Positions 1 through 8,764 of a DNA stretch of 32,000 nucleotides are shown here, piece after piece. A program made the translations under genes and the position numbers. The stretch's first letter is position 1, and each line of letters opens with the position of its first letter. The stretch comes from Candidatus Babelota bacterium (GTDB lineage Bacteria; Babelota; Babeliae; Babelales; Vermiphilaceae). The notes under the pieces are model-generated. The model did no database searches. It was not told the DNA's origin and saw only the letters and a list, made by a program, of their open reading frames with translations. The stretch covers positions 660,001-692,000 of the forward strand of contig JBDHVY010000001.1 of NCBI GenBank assembly GCA_039809905.1. The letters run 5' to 3'.

Positions 1-85
1 TATTTGTATATTTTATACGCTTTATATTGTATTTCAGTATGATTAAAGTTGAATAAAAATCAAGTTTGTATAAATTATTTTTATC

Positions 86-2566
86 CTATTCCAATATTAC
101 TTGTGCGTTCCATAATTCATTTTCTTGAACTAACTGAGAGCTTTGTGATTCATATTCGTGGTAGTTAATAGCAAGTGATTGAGTAACTCCGCGAATAAGT
201 TGATCATGTTCAGCCAGTGCATCACTTATGGCGCTATTTCTAGTAAAAATATGCATAGTAGCAATAGGAGTCTTTAAAGATAGCTGTTGTTCTGATTTAA
301 GTTTGCGTACCTGTGTTGCTATTGCAATAACAGAATTCATTACATCTCGCTCATTCTCAAAAATATAAGGAATTTGAATCTCTTGATAACGTGTTTGATG
401 TAATGATGGTATTTGTTCATGATTTTTATAAAGTTCTTGATACAATGCTTCTGTTATGTGTGGTATGTAGGGAGCGTATAATTGCAATATGCGTAATCCT
501 GCATGGTAAAGGGTCCAGCGAGTTGATTCAACTTCATGCATTGCATATTGATCGAGATTAAATAATTGATTTTTAATTAATTCAAGGTAGTTATCGCAAA
601 AATCATTCCAGAAAAATTGTTCAACGGTATCACGTGCAAGGCCATATTCTTGTTGCTCAAAATAATACTGATATTTGGTAAAACATGCAGAGATAGTGTG
701 TAACAACCATTTATTTATAGCTCCGATTTCACTAGGCGTGTGGAGTGATTTATTAAAATTAACTAAATGTGGTTCGGCAAAACGGAATGCGTTCCATAGT
801 TTAGTAATTAATTTTTGTCCAATCAGTAACTGTTCTTCTGAGAACATCATGTCTTGACCAAGTTTACCAGATGCTGTCCAATATCTAATTGCATCAGCAG
901 GATATTTTTCCAATAAGAGCAGAGGGTCCATTGCGGTGCCATCTTTTTTGGATATTTTTCCTTGTCCTTTATCGCTCAGTACGTGGCCTGATATGACAAT
1001 GTCTTTCCATGGTGCTATGCCATGATGCATCCATGTTTTTACAATGGTATCAAACGCCCATGTACGAATAATATCATGTGCTTGTGGGCGCATGTCCATT
1101 CTAACCCCATGTATCACATCGTTCTCCATGGGGACCCCATTAAAGAGAGAAGATGACGGAGAGAGAAGGTTGTAACAGATATACGGAGTTAAAGATGATG
1201 TATTCCATGTATCCATTACATCAGTATCAGGTTTGATATTAGTGCTGCCGCATTTTGTGCATGGCCCATCAAAGGGCGTCTCTTGAGGATCAACAGGTAG
1301 CTGCTCAGGTTGTGCTAATAATATTTCATTGCAATCCTGGCAGTGCCAAGCAGGAAATGGAATTCCATAAAAACGCTGGCGAGAGATTCCCCAATCCCAT
1401 GCAAGATTTTCTACCCAATCGGTGTAGCGAGATTTCATGAATGATGGATGCCAATTAATTTGCTCAGCCATATCTAAAAAATTTTGTTTATAAGGCAAGA
1501 TTTCAATAAACCATTGTGGCAATATGGTAAATTCAATAGGTTTTTTGCAGCGTTCATGAACGTTAACTGAGTGCGAAATTGCTTTTTGAGCCAGAAGAAC
1601 ATTGCTTTCGCGTAATTTTTCAATTACTGTAGCGCGGGCATCAGCTACTTTAAGTCCACTTAAAAAGCCTGCAAGTTCGGTACATTTTCCATCTAAACCG
1701 ATAACGTTTCTGTATGCTAGATTGTGTTTTTTATACCAAATAACATCTGTTTTATCGCCGAAGGTACACACCATTACTAGACCACTTCCCTTTTCAGGAT
1801 CAACAAGTTCATCTTGTAGGAGTGGAACTGATTGACCAAAGAGAGGAACAATCGCTTTTTTACCATATAAATGGCCATAGCGCATATCGCTGGGATTATA
1901 TAAAACAGCAACGCATGCAGGTAATAGTTCCGGACGTGTTGTTGCTATAACAAGGTCATTGCCATCGGAATCTTTAAAAACAATATCGTTAAAAGATGAT
2001 GGAAGCTCTTGATCATCAAGTTCTGCTTGAGCAACGGTAGTGCGGCAGGTGGTGCAATAAAGTGCTGGTTCTTGTTTGCGATAAATATATTGTTTTTTAT
2101 AGAGTTCAATAAATGATTCTTGAGAAATTTTACGTGCTTGATCAGATATTGTTGAATAAGTATAGTTCCAATCAGCAGAAAGACCCATTTTTTGCCATAA
2201 TGTCTTAAATGTATCGGCAGCATTATGTGATTCCTCTATACATAATGCTATAAAATCTGAGCGAGACATTTCATGTCCGCGAACATTACGCTTTTTTTCA
2301 ACATATCGTTCAGTTGGAAGACCGTTATCATCAAAGCCAAAAGGATAAAAAACAGAAAAGCCATTCATGCGCTTATAGCGAGCAATGATATCAGTTTGCG
2401 TGTATGAAAAAATATGACCAATGTGCAATGTACCCGAGACAGTAGGCGGAGGCGTATCTATGCTGAATAAGGCGCCAGGGTTATTTTCGATGGCATATGT
2501 TTGTTCTTTTTGCCATTGCTGTTGGGCAATTGCTTCACATTGTTGATGGTCGTATCTTTTTTCCAT
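86..2566 (-). CDS. valS: Valyl-tRNA synthetase (class I, short form without long C-terminal coiled-coil extension)
   Basis: 826-aa ORF. ValRS-type HIGH region TPPPTVSGTLHIGHIFSYTQTD, KMSKS-equivalent GKISKKDG, and an insertion the size of an editing domain. ATG at 2564-2566. Internal ORFs on both strands (675-857, 1255-1440, 1602-1835 on +; 1945-2223 on -) are treated as shadows. Confidence 0.85.
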   Translation of the reverse strand: MEKRYDHQQCEAIAQQQWQKEQTYAIENNPGALFSIDTPPPTVSGTLHIGHIFSYTQTDIIARYKRMNGFSVFYPFGFDDNGLPTERYVEKKRNVRGHEMSRSDFIALCIEESHNAADTFKTLWQKMGLSADWNYTYSTISDQARKISQESFIELYKKQYIYRKQEPALYCTTCRTTVAQAELDDQELPSSFNDIVFKDSDGNDLVIATTRPELLPACVAVLYNPSDMRYGHLYGKKAIVPLFGQSVPLLQDELVDPEKGSGLVMVCTFGDKTDVIWYKKHNLAYRNVIGLDGKCTELAGFLSGLKVADARATVIEKLRESNVLLAQKAISHSVNVHERCKKPIEFTILPQWFIEILPYKQNFLDMAEQINWHPSFMKSRYTDWVENLAWDWGISRQRFYGIPFPAWHCQDCNEILLAQPEQLPVDPQETPFDGPCTKCGSTNIKPDTDVMDTWNTSSLTPYICYNLLSPSSSLFNGVPMENDVIHGVRMDMRPQAHDIIRTWAFDTIVKTWMHHGIAPWKDIVISGHVLSDKGQGKISKKDGTAMDPLLLLEKYPADAIRYWTASGKLGQDMMFSEEQLLIGQKLITKLWNAFRFAEPHLVNFNKSLHTPSEIGAINKWLLHTISACFTKYQYYFEQQEYGLARDTVEQFFWNDFCDNYLELIKNQLFNLDQYAMHEVESTRWTLYHAGLRILQLYAPYIPHITEALYQELYKNHEQIPSLHQTRYQEIQIPYIFENERDVMNSVIAIATQVRKLKSEQQLSLKTPIATMHIFTRNSAISDALAEHDQLIRGVTQSLAINYHEYESQSSQLVQENELWNAQVILE

Positions 2567-2709
2567 GATGACTCTAAGTTATACGGTTTCAATAGGTCAA
2601 TTTCTATCTAAATATACAATGTTTTTGAATAAGCGGCTAGCCAATCTATCATTTTTCTATGAGAGCATTTGCAACAAGCATTAGGTCTTGAATTTGACCC
2701 TGCTCATAA

Positions 2710-2764
2710 ATAGGGATAAACTCATAACATAAATAAAAAATTTGTTTTATGAGTTTATCCCTAT
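2710..2764. promoter_or_regulatory. 18-bp perfect inverted repeat (ATAGGGATAAACTCATAA / TTATGAGTTTATCCCTAT) with a 19-nt A/T-rich spacer, ending 1 nt before the ATG at 2765
   Basis: Read directly and verified by reverse-complementing 2747-2764 against 2710-2727. Lies in the divergent valS / M50-like-tyrS-truB intergenic region. Function (operator or leader hairpin) is inferred. Confidence 0.5.
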
Positions 2765-3481
2765 ATGATTACACTACATACAGCCGAAATGTTTATTGGT
2801 ATTATTACTTTTTTTATTGCCTATCTTGTGGTGATTACAATTTCAAATGTATTTCGAGCATGGGTAGCATACGAAGTGGGTGATGATACGGGTGTTCGCT
2901 TAGGATACCTTACTTTAAATCCTATGCATCATATTGATCCAATTGGTCTTTTTTTCTTGTTTATGTTTTATTTTGGATGGGGACGTATGGTTCCAATTAA
3001 TCCGTTACTCATTTCTGAGCCATATCGCACGCTGAAACTAATAGTAGCATATCTTTCTGATTCTTTTATGAATCTTTTGCTGAGCTTATGTGGAATTATA
3101 TTATTGCTGGGCATTTTTGATGCAAATATTATAGGTGCAATGCGTTATATGGTATTGACGTATAATGTCTCTCATTTGGTTATTGCAAATATGTATCCTC
3201 AGGTTTCATCATTTGCTATTTCTCTTGGATTTATAATATTTGCTTTTGTATATCTTAATGTAGTACTTGGAGTATTGCATTTTATTATTAACTTCAGTAA
3301 TTGTTTATTATTTGTTTTGGCAGATCGTTCTTATAAAGTTGCGCAATATGCACAATACATAACAATTGGTTTACCTATTATTCTTATTTTGTTTTTTTCG
3401 CCATTGTTGCGATTGTTATCAGTGCATTTGATTTCGTATCTAGGTCTTATTATTGCCCATGTAATTGGTATAGCTGGATAA
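2765..3481 (+). CDS. Peptidase M50 (site-2 protease)-family polytopic membrane protein, catalytic HExxH motif not conserved
   Basis: 238-aa hydrophobic ORF. AWVAYEVGDDTGVRLGYLTLNPMHHIDPIG...FGWGRMVPINP matches my memory of the short M50 family (HEFAHAWxAxxLGDxTAxxxGRLTLNPLxHxDPxG...GWAKPVPVNP). The HExxH position reads SNVFR (2843-2857). Confidence 0.6.
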   Translation: MITLHTAEMFIGIITFFIAYLVVITISNVFRAWVAYEVGDDTGVRLGYLTLNPMHHIDPIGLFFLFMFYFGWGRMVPINPLLISEPYRTLKLIVAYLSDSFMNLLLSLCGIILLLGIFDANIIGAMRYMVLTYNVSHLVIANMYPQVSSFAISLGFIIFAFVYLNVVLGVLHFIINFSNCLLFVLADRSYKVAQYAQYITIGLPIILILFFSPLLRLLSVHLISYLGLIIAHVIGIAG

Positions 3482-3484
3482 ATT

Positions 3485-4681
3485 ATGATGAATATTGAAA
3501 AAATAATAGAACAACTATCTGCAGGAACAGTTAACATCTATTCTGAAAACGAACTTGTTACTGCAATAAAAAATGAAAAAATACTTACGGTAAAATTAGG
3601 GGCTGATCCTACTGCGCCTGATTTACATTTGGGGCATGCGGTTGTTTTCTCTAAATTAAAACAGTTCCAGGATCTTGGGCACAAAGTGATATTCTTAATC
3701 GGTAATTTTACCGCACAAATTGGTGATCCAACAGGGCGAGATAAAACTCGACCACCGCTAACAGCGCAAGCAATTCAGCATAATTTACAGTCTTATTTTG
3801 ATCAAGTTGGCAGAATTTTAGACTCATCAACAATAACTATCGTATATAATGCAGATTGGTTAAGTACGTTAACGAGTGCTGATCTTGTTGGTTTACTTGC
3901 TAAAGTAACTCTTGCTCGTATTGTTGAACGTGATGATTTTCAAAAACGTATCAAAAATAATGAATCAGTCAGTATGCATGAATTATTATACCCTATTTTT
4001 CAGGCATATGATTCTGTTGTACTGAAAGCTGATGTTGAATTAGGTGGTACTGATCAAACATTCAATCTCTTAATGGGGCGTTTTCTGCAAGAACAATATG
4101 GCCAAAAGGGACAAATTGCCATCACTATGCCATTGCTTGTTGGTTTAGATGGTGTGCATAAAATGTCAAAATCCTTAGGTAATTATGTTGGTTTAAACGA
4201 ACCAGCACATCAAGCTTTTGGAAAATTAATGTCTATGTCAGATCAATTGATGTGGCATTATTTTGAACTGCTGCTTCATAAAACTGCACAAGAAGTTAAA
4301 CAGATGCAAGACGATATCGCCTCTGGCTCTCTACATCCCATGAATATTAAAAAAGATATGGCTCAAGCTATTGTAGCACGTTTTTGGTCTGCTGATGAGG
4401 CAATAGCTGCACGAAATCAATTTGAAGCATTATTTCAGCAGCGTGATTATTCTCAGGCGCAAGATGTGCAGTTGCCAGAAAATACAGCCAATCCACTATG
4501 GATTGTTGAACTGCTCAAGATTTTAGATGCAGTGAAAACGTCTTCTGAAGCTAAACGATTAATTGAATCAGGATCTGTGCATATTGATGATAACATTATT
4601 AATGATTTTAAAGCTATTGTTGCTTACAAATCTGGTTCTATTATCAAAGTTGGCAAACACCGTATTTATAAGATTAAATAA
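3485..4681 (+). CDS. tyrS: Tyrosyl-tRNA synthetase
   Basis: 398 aa. HIGH region GADPTAPDLHLGHAV, KMSKS region HKMSKSLGNYV, C-terminal S4-like domain (AKRLIESGSVHIDDNII). Starts 3 nt after the upstream stop. Confidence 0.9.
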   Translation: MMNIEKIIEQLSAGTVNIYSENELVTAIKNEKILTVKLGADPTAPDLHLGHAVVFSKLKQFQDLGHKVIFLIGNFTAQIGDPTGRDKTRPPLTAQAIQHNLQSYFDQVGRILDSSTITIVYNADWLSTLTSADLVGLLAKVTLARIVERDDFQKRIKNNESVSMHELLYPIFQAYDSVVLKADVELGGTDQTFNLLMGRFLQEQYGQKGQIAITMPLLVGLDGVHKMSKSLGNYVGLNEPAHQAFGKLMSMSDQLMWHYFELLLHKTAQEVKQMQDDIASGSLHPMNIKKDMAQAIVARFWSADEAIAARNQFEALFQQRDYSQAQDVQLPENTANPLWIVELLKILDAVKTSSEAKRLIESGSVHIDDNIINDFKAIVAYKSGSIIKVGKHRIYKIK

Positions 4682-4687
4682 TATTAT

Positions 4688-5425
4688 ATGGATGCTATCG
4701 TTAAATCAGGATTTTTACTTGTTAATAAGCCAGTAGGTGTTAGTTCCTACGGTTGTATTGGTCGTATAAAAAAAATTATATACCAAAGTTATCAAGGGTC
4801 AGGTCGTCTCAAAATAAAAATTGGACATGCAGGAACATTGGATCCATTTGCATCAGGCTTGCTAATTGTTGCCATAGGTCGTGAGGCAACACGGCTTATA
4901 TCAAACTTTATGGTTATGGAAAAGACCTATATTGCTACTGGCAAATGCGGCGAACTAACTGATACGCTTGATTGTACAGGAACTATCGTATCTACTGCTG
5001 ATTATATTCCATCGCAAGAAGAAATAAAACAATCATTGGAAAGCTTTGGATCTTCTTATGAACAAATTCCTCCTCTTTATTCTGCGTTAAAGCACCAAGG
5101 AAAACCATTATATGCGCTGACCCGTAATAAAATAATGGATAAACAAGATTTGGAAGAAATAGCAAGCAATAAGCGCAGAACGATTCAAATATATGATAAA
5201 AAGTTTTTATCGTATGATGCTCCTTTTTTTACTATTCAAGTTCGTGTTTCTCATGGTACTTATATCCGCACACTTATCAATGATATTGCCAGTAGAGCTG
5301 GTAGTTGTGCTACAACATATCAACTTTCACGCACTTCCATTGGGCAATTTGATCTTGATCGGGCAATTGACGTATTTCAACTCAATACTATTGATGATCT
5401 TAATCAGAACATTATTTTTATTTAA
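4688..5425 (+). CDS. truB: tRNA pseudouridine(55) synthase TruB (short form, no obvious PUA domain)
   Basis: 245 aa. Catalytic-Asp motif GHAGTLDPFASGLLIVAIG, plus YSALKHQGKPLY and HGTYIRTL motifs typical of TruB. Confidence 0.9.
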   Translation: MDAIVKSGFLLVNKPVGVSSYGCIGRIKKIIYQSYQGSGRLKIKIGHAGTLDPFASGLLIVAIGREATRLISNFMVMEKTYIATGKCGELTDTLDCTGTIVSTADYIPSQEEIKQSLESFGSSYEQIPPLYSALKHQGKPLYALTRNKIMDKQDLEEIASNKRRTIQIYDKKFLSYDAPFFTIQVRVSHGTYIRTLINDIASRAGSCATTYQLSRTSIGQFDLDRAIDVFQLNTIDDLNQNIIFI

Positions 5426-5474
5426 CTCCATGTTTATTATGTTTTGCCTGTAATAATTGTTTTTTTAATCCCAT

Positions 5475-5510
5475 GCTTCATTTCATTGTTCATGGAGCTC
5501 TCCTATTTTG
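5475..5510 (+). terminator. Weak candidate intrinsic terminator after truB
   Basis: GCTTCAT (5475-5481) pairs with ATGGAGC (5492-5498): 7 bp including one G-U, 10-nt loop, followed by T-rich tctcctattttgattgttttt. Short stem, so low confidence. Confidence 0.3.
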
Positions 5511-5560
5511 ATTGTTTTTCTTATATTATCTCGATAAATCTTGTTATATCCCCTTGTCTT

Positions 5561-5578
5561 AATTCAATTTATTGAATT
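5561..5578. promoter_or_regulatory. Palindrome AATTCAAT-TT-ATTGAATT upstream of hsp20, candidate operator
   Basis: Perfect 8+8 inverted repeat read directly. A TATAAT hexamer lies at 5599-5604, about 40 nt upstream of the hsp20 ATG. It does not resemble CIRCE. AT-rich, so it could be chance. Confidence 0.2.
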
Positions 5579-5642
5579 CCTGTTTATACTTTGTGTATTA
5601 TAATTCTAGTGGAATATTTTATTTATAGAAGTAAGGAGCTTC

Positions 5643-6059
5643 ATGGCTATATCACGGATAGGTAAAAGCGGATTTTTATTATTGTTAACAGTATCGAATA
5701 TAATGCCTGGATTCAAACGCAGGCCAATGGATGGGAGTAGTACGATGTCTGTGATACAAAAAAATGTGGGGAATAATTTCAAAATGGATATGTATGAAAG
5801 CAATGGCAATATTGTTGTTAAAATGGATCTTCCTGGTATTAAACAGAATGATCTTAGCGTAGAAATAGAGGATGGACAGCTGCATGTTTTTGGCGAACGT
5901 AGAAAAAAAGAAGTGATTAAACAAGAGCATTATTATCACAAAGAAACAGAATATGGTTCGTTTGATCGGCTTATCTCTTTACCAAATGATATTGATAAGA
6001 GTGGTATGACGTATGAAATAGCAGATGGAGTTTTAACAATTGTTATACCAAGAGAGTAA
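5643..6059 (+). CDS. Small heat-shock protein, Hsp20/alpha-crystallin family
   Basis: 138 aa. Alpha-crystallin domain VVKMDLPGIKQNDLSVEIEDGQLHVFGERR...EYGSFDRLISLP...ADGVLTIVIPR. Strong SD AAGGAG 5 nt upstream of the ATG. Confidence 0.85.
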   Translation: MAISRIGKSGFLLLLTVSNIMPGFKRRPMDGSSTMSVIQKNVGNNFKMDMYESNGNIVVKMDLPGIKQNDLSVEIEDGQLHVFGERRKKEVIKQEHYYHKETEYGSFDRLISLPNDIDKSGMTYEIADGVLTIVIPRE

Positions 6060-6106
6060 AGATTACGTGGTGGAATAATATTTATATAAAAAAAGGGGGA
6101 TGCGCG

Positions 6107-7480
6107 ATGCTTATTAAGAGAGAAAAAAAAATGTGGGAAAGAGTTATACAAAAAGTAACAAGAACTATTCTACAAGGATTGTATATCGGGTTGTTTGTAT
6201 TTTTATTATTGCCGTCTTTCAAAATTGAAGCCAAAAGTGCTTCACCTGCTTTGCAAGGAGAACTTGCAAAAGCTCCAACTAAATCAGCTGGAATATTAAC
6301 TGATGAATATGTTCAGACAGAAGCGCATTTGCAAGTTGATGAAGTAAAAGAAGAAATGTCAAAAATTAATCTTCGACTTCCTGGTGTTCCATCAAAGCGT
6401 TCACTTAGTCCAAACCAGATGGTTACTCCTTATTTAAATATTATTTCTGCAGTAATTAATAAGGAAGTTGAATTAAAAAATACGCATTATGCCTTTTATA
6501 ATGCAAGTAATAATGAATGGCGCGTTCCACAGGATTTATATAAAAAATTATATATTCACTATAAAAAGCCGGGATCTCAACTTAATGATTTTGCTTTTGT
6601 GCGATTTGGCGGAGCCAAAAGTATAAAGGCGCAAGATTTTTTAAATGAAAATATTGCAAAATGGGGAGGTGTTAATGACAACATCCAGGAAGTCAAAGAA
6701 GTGGTAATGTCAGTTAACCTTGCATTATTTGGTAATGTTGGCTTTCCAGGTGAATGCACATGGAATTATTTTATGGAAGCAAAAAGCCATACAGATCCAT
6801 CCCCTCAGAGATATTATGAAATTGTAAAAGCTTTCGGTGTAACATATGACATAGAATTATTGGCAAAAGAAACAAAATCCTTAGCGGCTATGCTTTATAA
6901 TGCCTCTGAAGAACAAACATTATATCAGTTTTTTGTGCCAATAAATAAAGTTGATGAAGTTGCTTATATTGCATGGGTTCTTGGTTTTCCAGCACATCCC
7001 AAATCAATAGATCTTATGGAACGAGTGATAGGAAAAAAGCCACATATTGGTAAACATACTGTCCCTGCGGTACAAGGTGTAATGAAGCGATTTAAAAAAG
7101 ATAAAGATAATAGTGTTTACAAAGAATTAATCAAACTTGCTGCTGATGGAGAGTTTGGTATGAGTGGTTTCATGGAAGGAATGCGTAATGATCCTTTTTC
7201 AATAGAAAATCTTAATGAAACACAAGGGCGTTTATTGGTAACAAATCCAATGTTTCAAAATCCTTCTTCTGGCGTTAAAGTTTTTACCTATTTTACCACA
7301 CCAAAAAAAATTCAAGAGGATTATAATAGAAAACTTGATGCTTTAGTACAGAAAGTTGTTTCTCAAGAAGCAAGCAAAACAGCACAACAAAAGGCTGCAG
7401 ATCAAGCTAAAAATGAGGCAACTTATCGTAGACTAGAAAAAGAAGCAGCCCAAGCCGCTGCTGCATCAGCAAAAAAATAA
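6107..7480 (+). CDS. Secreted/membrane-anchored hypothetical protein, paralogue 1 of a tandem three-member family (C-terminal A/Q/K-rich tail)
   Basis: 457 aa. SD AGGGGGA 6 nt upstream. N-terminal hydrophobic segment ILQGLYIGLFVFLLLPSF. About 330-aa domain shared with 7516-8757 and 8820-10121: Y.FY....N.W.V.QD.Y..L..H, LALFGNVGFPGECTW, F.VP.N..D...Y.AW..G.PAH, Q.RL, SGVK, KLDAL..K.V. Confidence 0.75.
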   Translation: MLIKREKKMWERVIQKVTRTILQGLYIGLFVFLLLPSFKIEAKSASPALQGELAKAPTKSAGILTDEYVQTEAHLQVDEVKEEMSKINLRLPGVPSKRSLSPNQMVTPYLNIISAVINKEVELKNTHYAFYNASNNEWRVPQDLYKKLYIHYKKPGSQLNDFAFVRFGGAKSIKAQDFLNENIAKWGGVNDNIQEVKEVVMSVNLALFGNVGFPGECTWNYFMEAKSHTDPSPQRYYEIVKAFGVTYDIELLAKETKSLAAMLYNASEEQTLYQFFVPINKVDEVAYIAWVLGFPAHPKSIDLMERVIGKKPHIGKHTVPAVQGVMKRFKKDKDNSVYKELIKLAADGEFGMSGFMEGMRNDPFSIENLNETQGRLLVTNPMFQNPSSGVKVFTYFTTPKKIQEDYNRKLDALVQKVVSQEASKTAQQKAADQAKNEATYRRLEKEAAQAAAASAKK

Positions 7481-7515
7481 ATAAAAAAATAAGTAAATAA
7501 AGGGGGGAGATGATA

Positions 7516-8757
7516 ATGCGTATGTTAAAAATGAATGGAACGTGGCTGTTTTTATTGGCTTTGGTTATAGTGCCTTGTCATATGGCATTAGCAAAAGGAG
7601 GAAAGGCAGTTGCAGCAAATCCACAAAATGCACCAATAGCAAAGCCACAAGCTCCTCAGGTAAAACCTGCTGGTAAACCACAGGCACAAGCTCAAGTGCA
7701 ACCTGCTAAATCTGTACCTCTTGTGAAAACGCATGAGAAATACACTCAAACTCAAGCATACTTAATGCGACCTGAGTTGGTAAATCTTGTGACTAAATCG
7801 TATAATGGCAATTTTTCAATTGTAAATCACATGGATGTTGTTTCGCGTGTTATGGCAGCAGAAGCTGAATTACGAGATACCCATTGGGCATTATACCATG
7901 GCGTTACCAATACTTGGACTGTATGGCAAGATACTTACACAGCCTTATTTAATCATTTTAATCCATCTATGGCAAAACAAGGAGATGCTGATTTTATTTA
8001 TTTACGAACAAGAGGTAAGGAAAATATTAAAGCAAAAGATTTTTTGACCGGATCTCTTAAAAACTATGGACTTGTTGATGATACAGGAGCATTAAAAGGC
8101 TTATTATTATCAACGAATATTTTCCTTTTTGGTAATACTCCTGTTAGCGAAGAAAGTACATGGCTATATGTAATGAAAGAATTGTCACATGCCGAACCAG
8201 ATAGAGCAATGTATGAATCAATAATGGATGAGTTTGGATTATCATATCAATACGTTGATGAATTAATGAAGTTGGTAAAATTATTAGAAGCAAAACAACA
8301 GACTTTACTACAAATATTTGTTCCTAAAAATCTTATTGATGATATTGGTTATTTGGCATGGACAAAAGGTATACCTGCTCATCAAGGCTCAATTGATTGG
8401 GTTAAAAAAGTTAAATTTAAAAATAAAGGCAAAGGAATAGGTCGTATACTTTCTGACTTAAAGAATAATTTTAAAAACAAACAAGAAAAAGATCCTTTGT
8501 TTAGAGATATGTTAAAGGATGTAGAAGAAGATGCTTATAGTATTGATGATTATTTGAGCAAGTGTTGTAGTAATCCAGCAAGCGTTCCTAATATGAATGA
8601 AGTTCAAGCGCGACTTATTTTCACTGACGATATTTTATTAAATTCAGCATCTGGAGTAAAAATGTATCGTTATACGGGGGTACCGTATAGAAAAATGAAA
8701 GAGTATAAAAAGCGTTTTGATGCGCTCATAAAAAAAATGGTTGTTTCAAAAAAATAA
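7516..8757 (+). CDS. Secreted hypothetical protein, paralogue 2 (P/Q/A/K-rich linker; motif Cys replaced by Ser)
   Basis: The ORF opens at 7510, but SD GGGGGGAG ends at 7509, so ATG 7516 (or 7522) is the better-spaced start. Signal-like WLFLLALVIVPCHMALA|KG. Low-complexity NPQNAPIAKPQAPQVKPAGKPQAQAQVQPAK (about 7618-7710). Family motifs IFLFGNTPVSEESTW and GYLAWTKGIPAHQ. Confidence 0.75.
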   Translation: MRMLKMNGTWLFLLALVIVPCHMALAKGGKAVAANPQNAPIAKPQAPQVKPAGKPQAQAQVQPAKSVPLVKTHEKYTQTQAYLMRPELVNLVTKSYNGNFSIVNHMDVVSRVMAAEAELRDTHWALYHGVTNTWTVWQDTYTALFNHFNPSMAKQGDADFIYLRTRGKENIKAKDFLTGSLKNYGLVDDTGALKGLLLSTNIFLFGNTPVSEESTWLYVMKELSHAEPDRAMYESIMDEFGLSYQYVDELMKLVKLLEAKQQTLLQIFVPKNLIDDIGYLAWTKGIPAHQGSIDWVKKVKFKNKGKGIGRILSDLKNNFKNKQEKDPLFRDMLKDVEEDAYSIDDYLSKCCSNPASVPNMNEVQARLIFTDDILLNSASGVKMYRYTGVPYRKMKEYKKRFDALIKKMVVSKK

Positions 8758-8764
8758 TGATTTG

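Noticed and set aside
675-2223. Four ORFs inside valS from the supplied track: three antisense on + (675-857, 1255-1440, 1602-1835) and one same-strand, out-of-frame on - (1945-2223). Similar nested ORFs occur in other genes, e.g. 3331-3537, 5193-5453, 5606-5809, 5685-5939, 5936-6151, 6577-6759, 7835-8047, 9226-9417, 11092-11274, 11640-11963, 12361-12582, 13014-13265, 14240-14449, 16681-16899, 17689-17877, 18213-18545, 18962-19174, 20806-20994, 21319-21501, 23223-23501, 23722-23919, 24876-25139, 26076-26333, 29182-29433, 29468-29758, 29953-30135, 30685-30927.
   Set aside because: Each lies entirely or largely within a longer ORF that has clear family motifs or a coherent signal-peptide architecture. 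Their translations are low-complexity (F/I/L/N/K-rich) with no SD. These are typical shadow ORFs of AT-rich DNA.
2567-2764. Possible T-box leader or other riboswitch for valS or tyrS.
   Set aside because: I could not find the conserved T-box core (AGGGTGGNACCGCG-like) or a specifier/terminator arrangement on either strand. tyrS has no leader of its own, since it starts 3 nt after the upstream gene.
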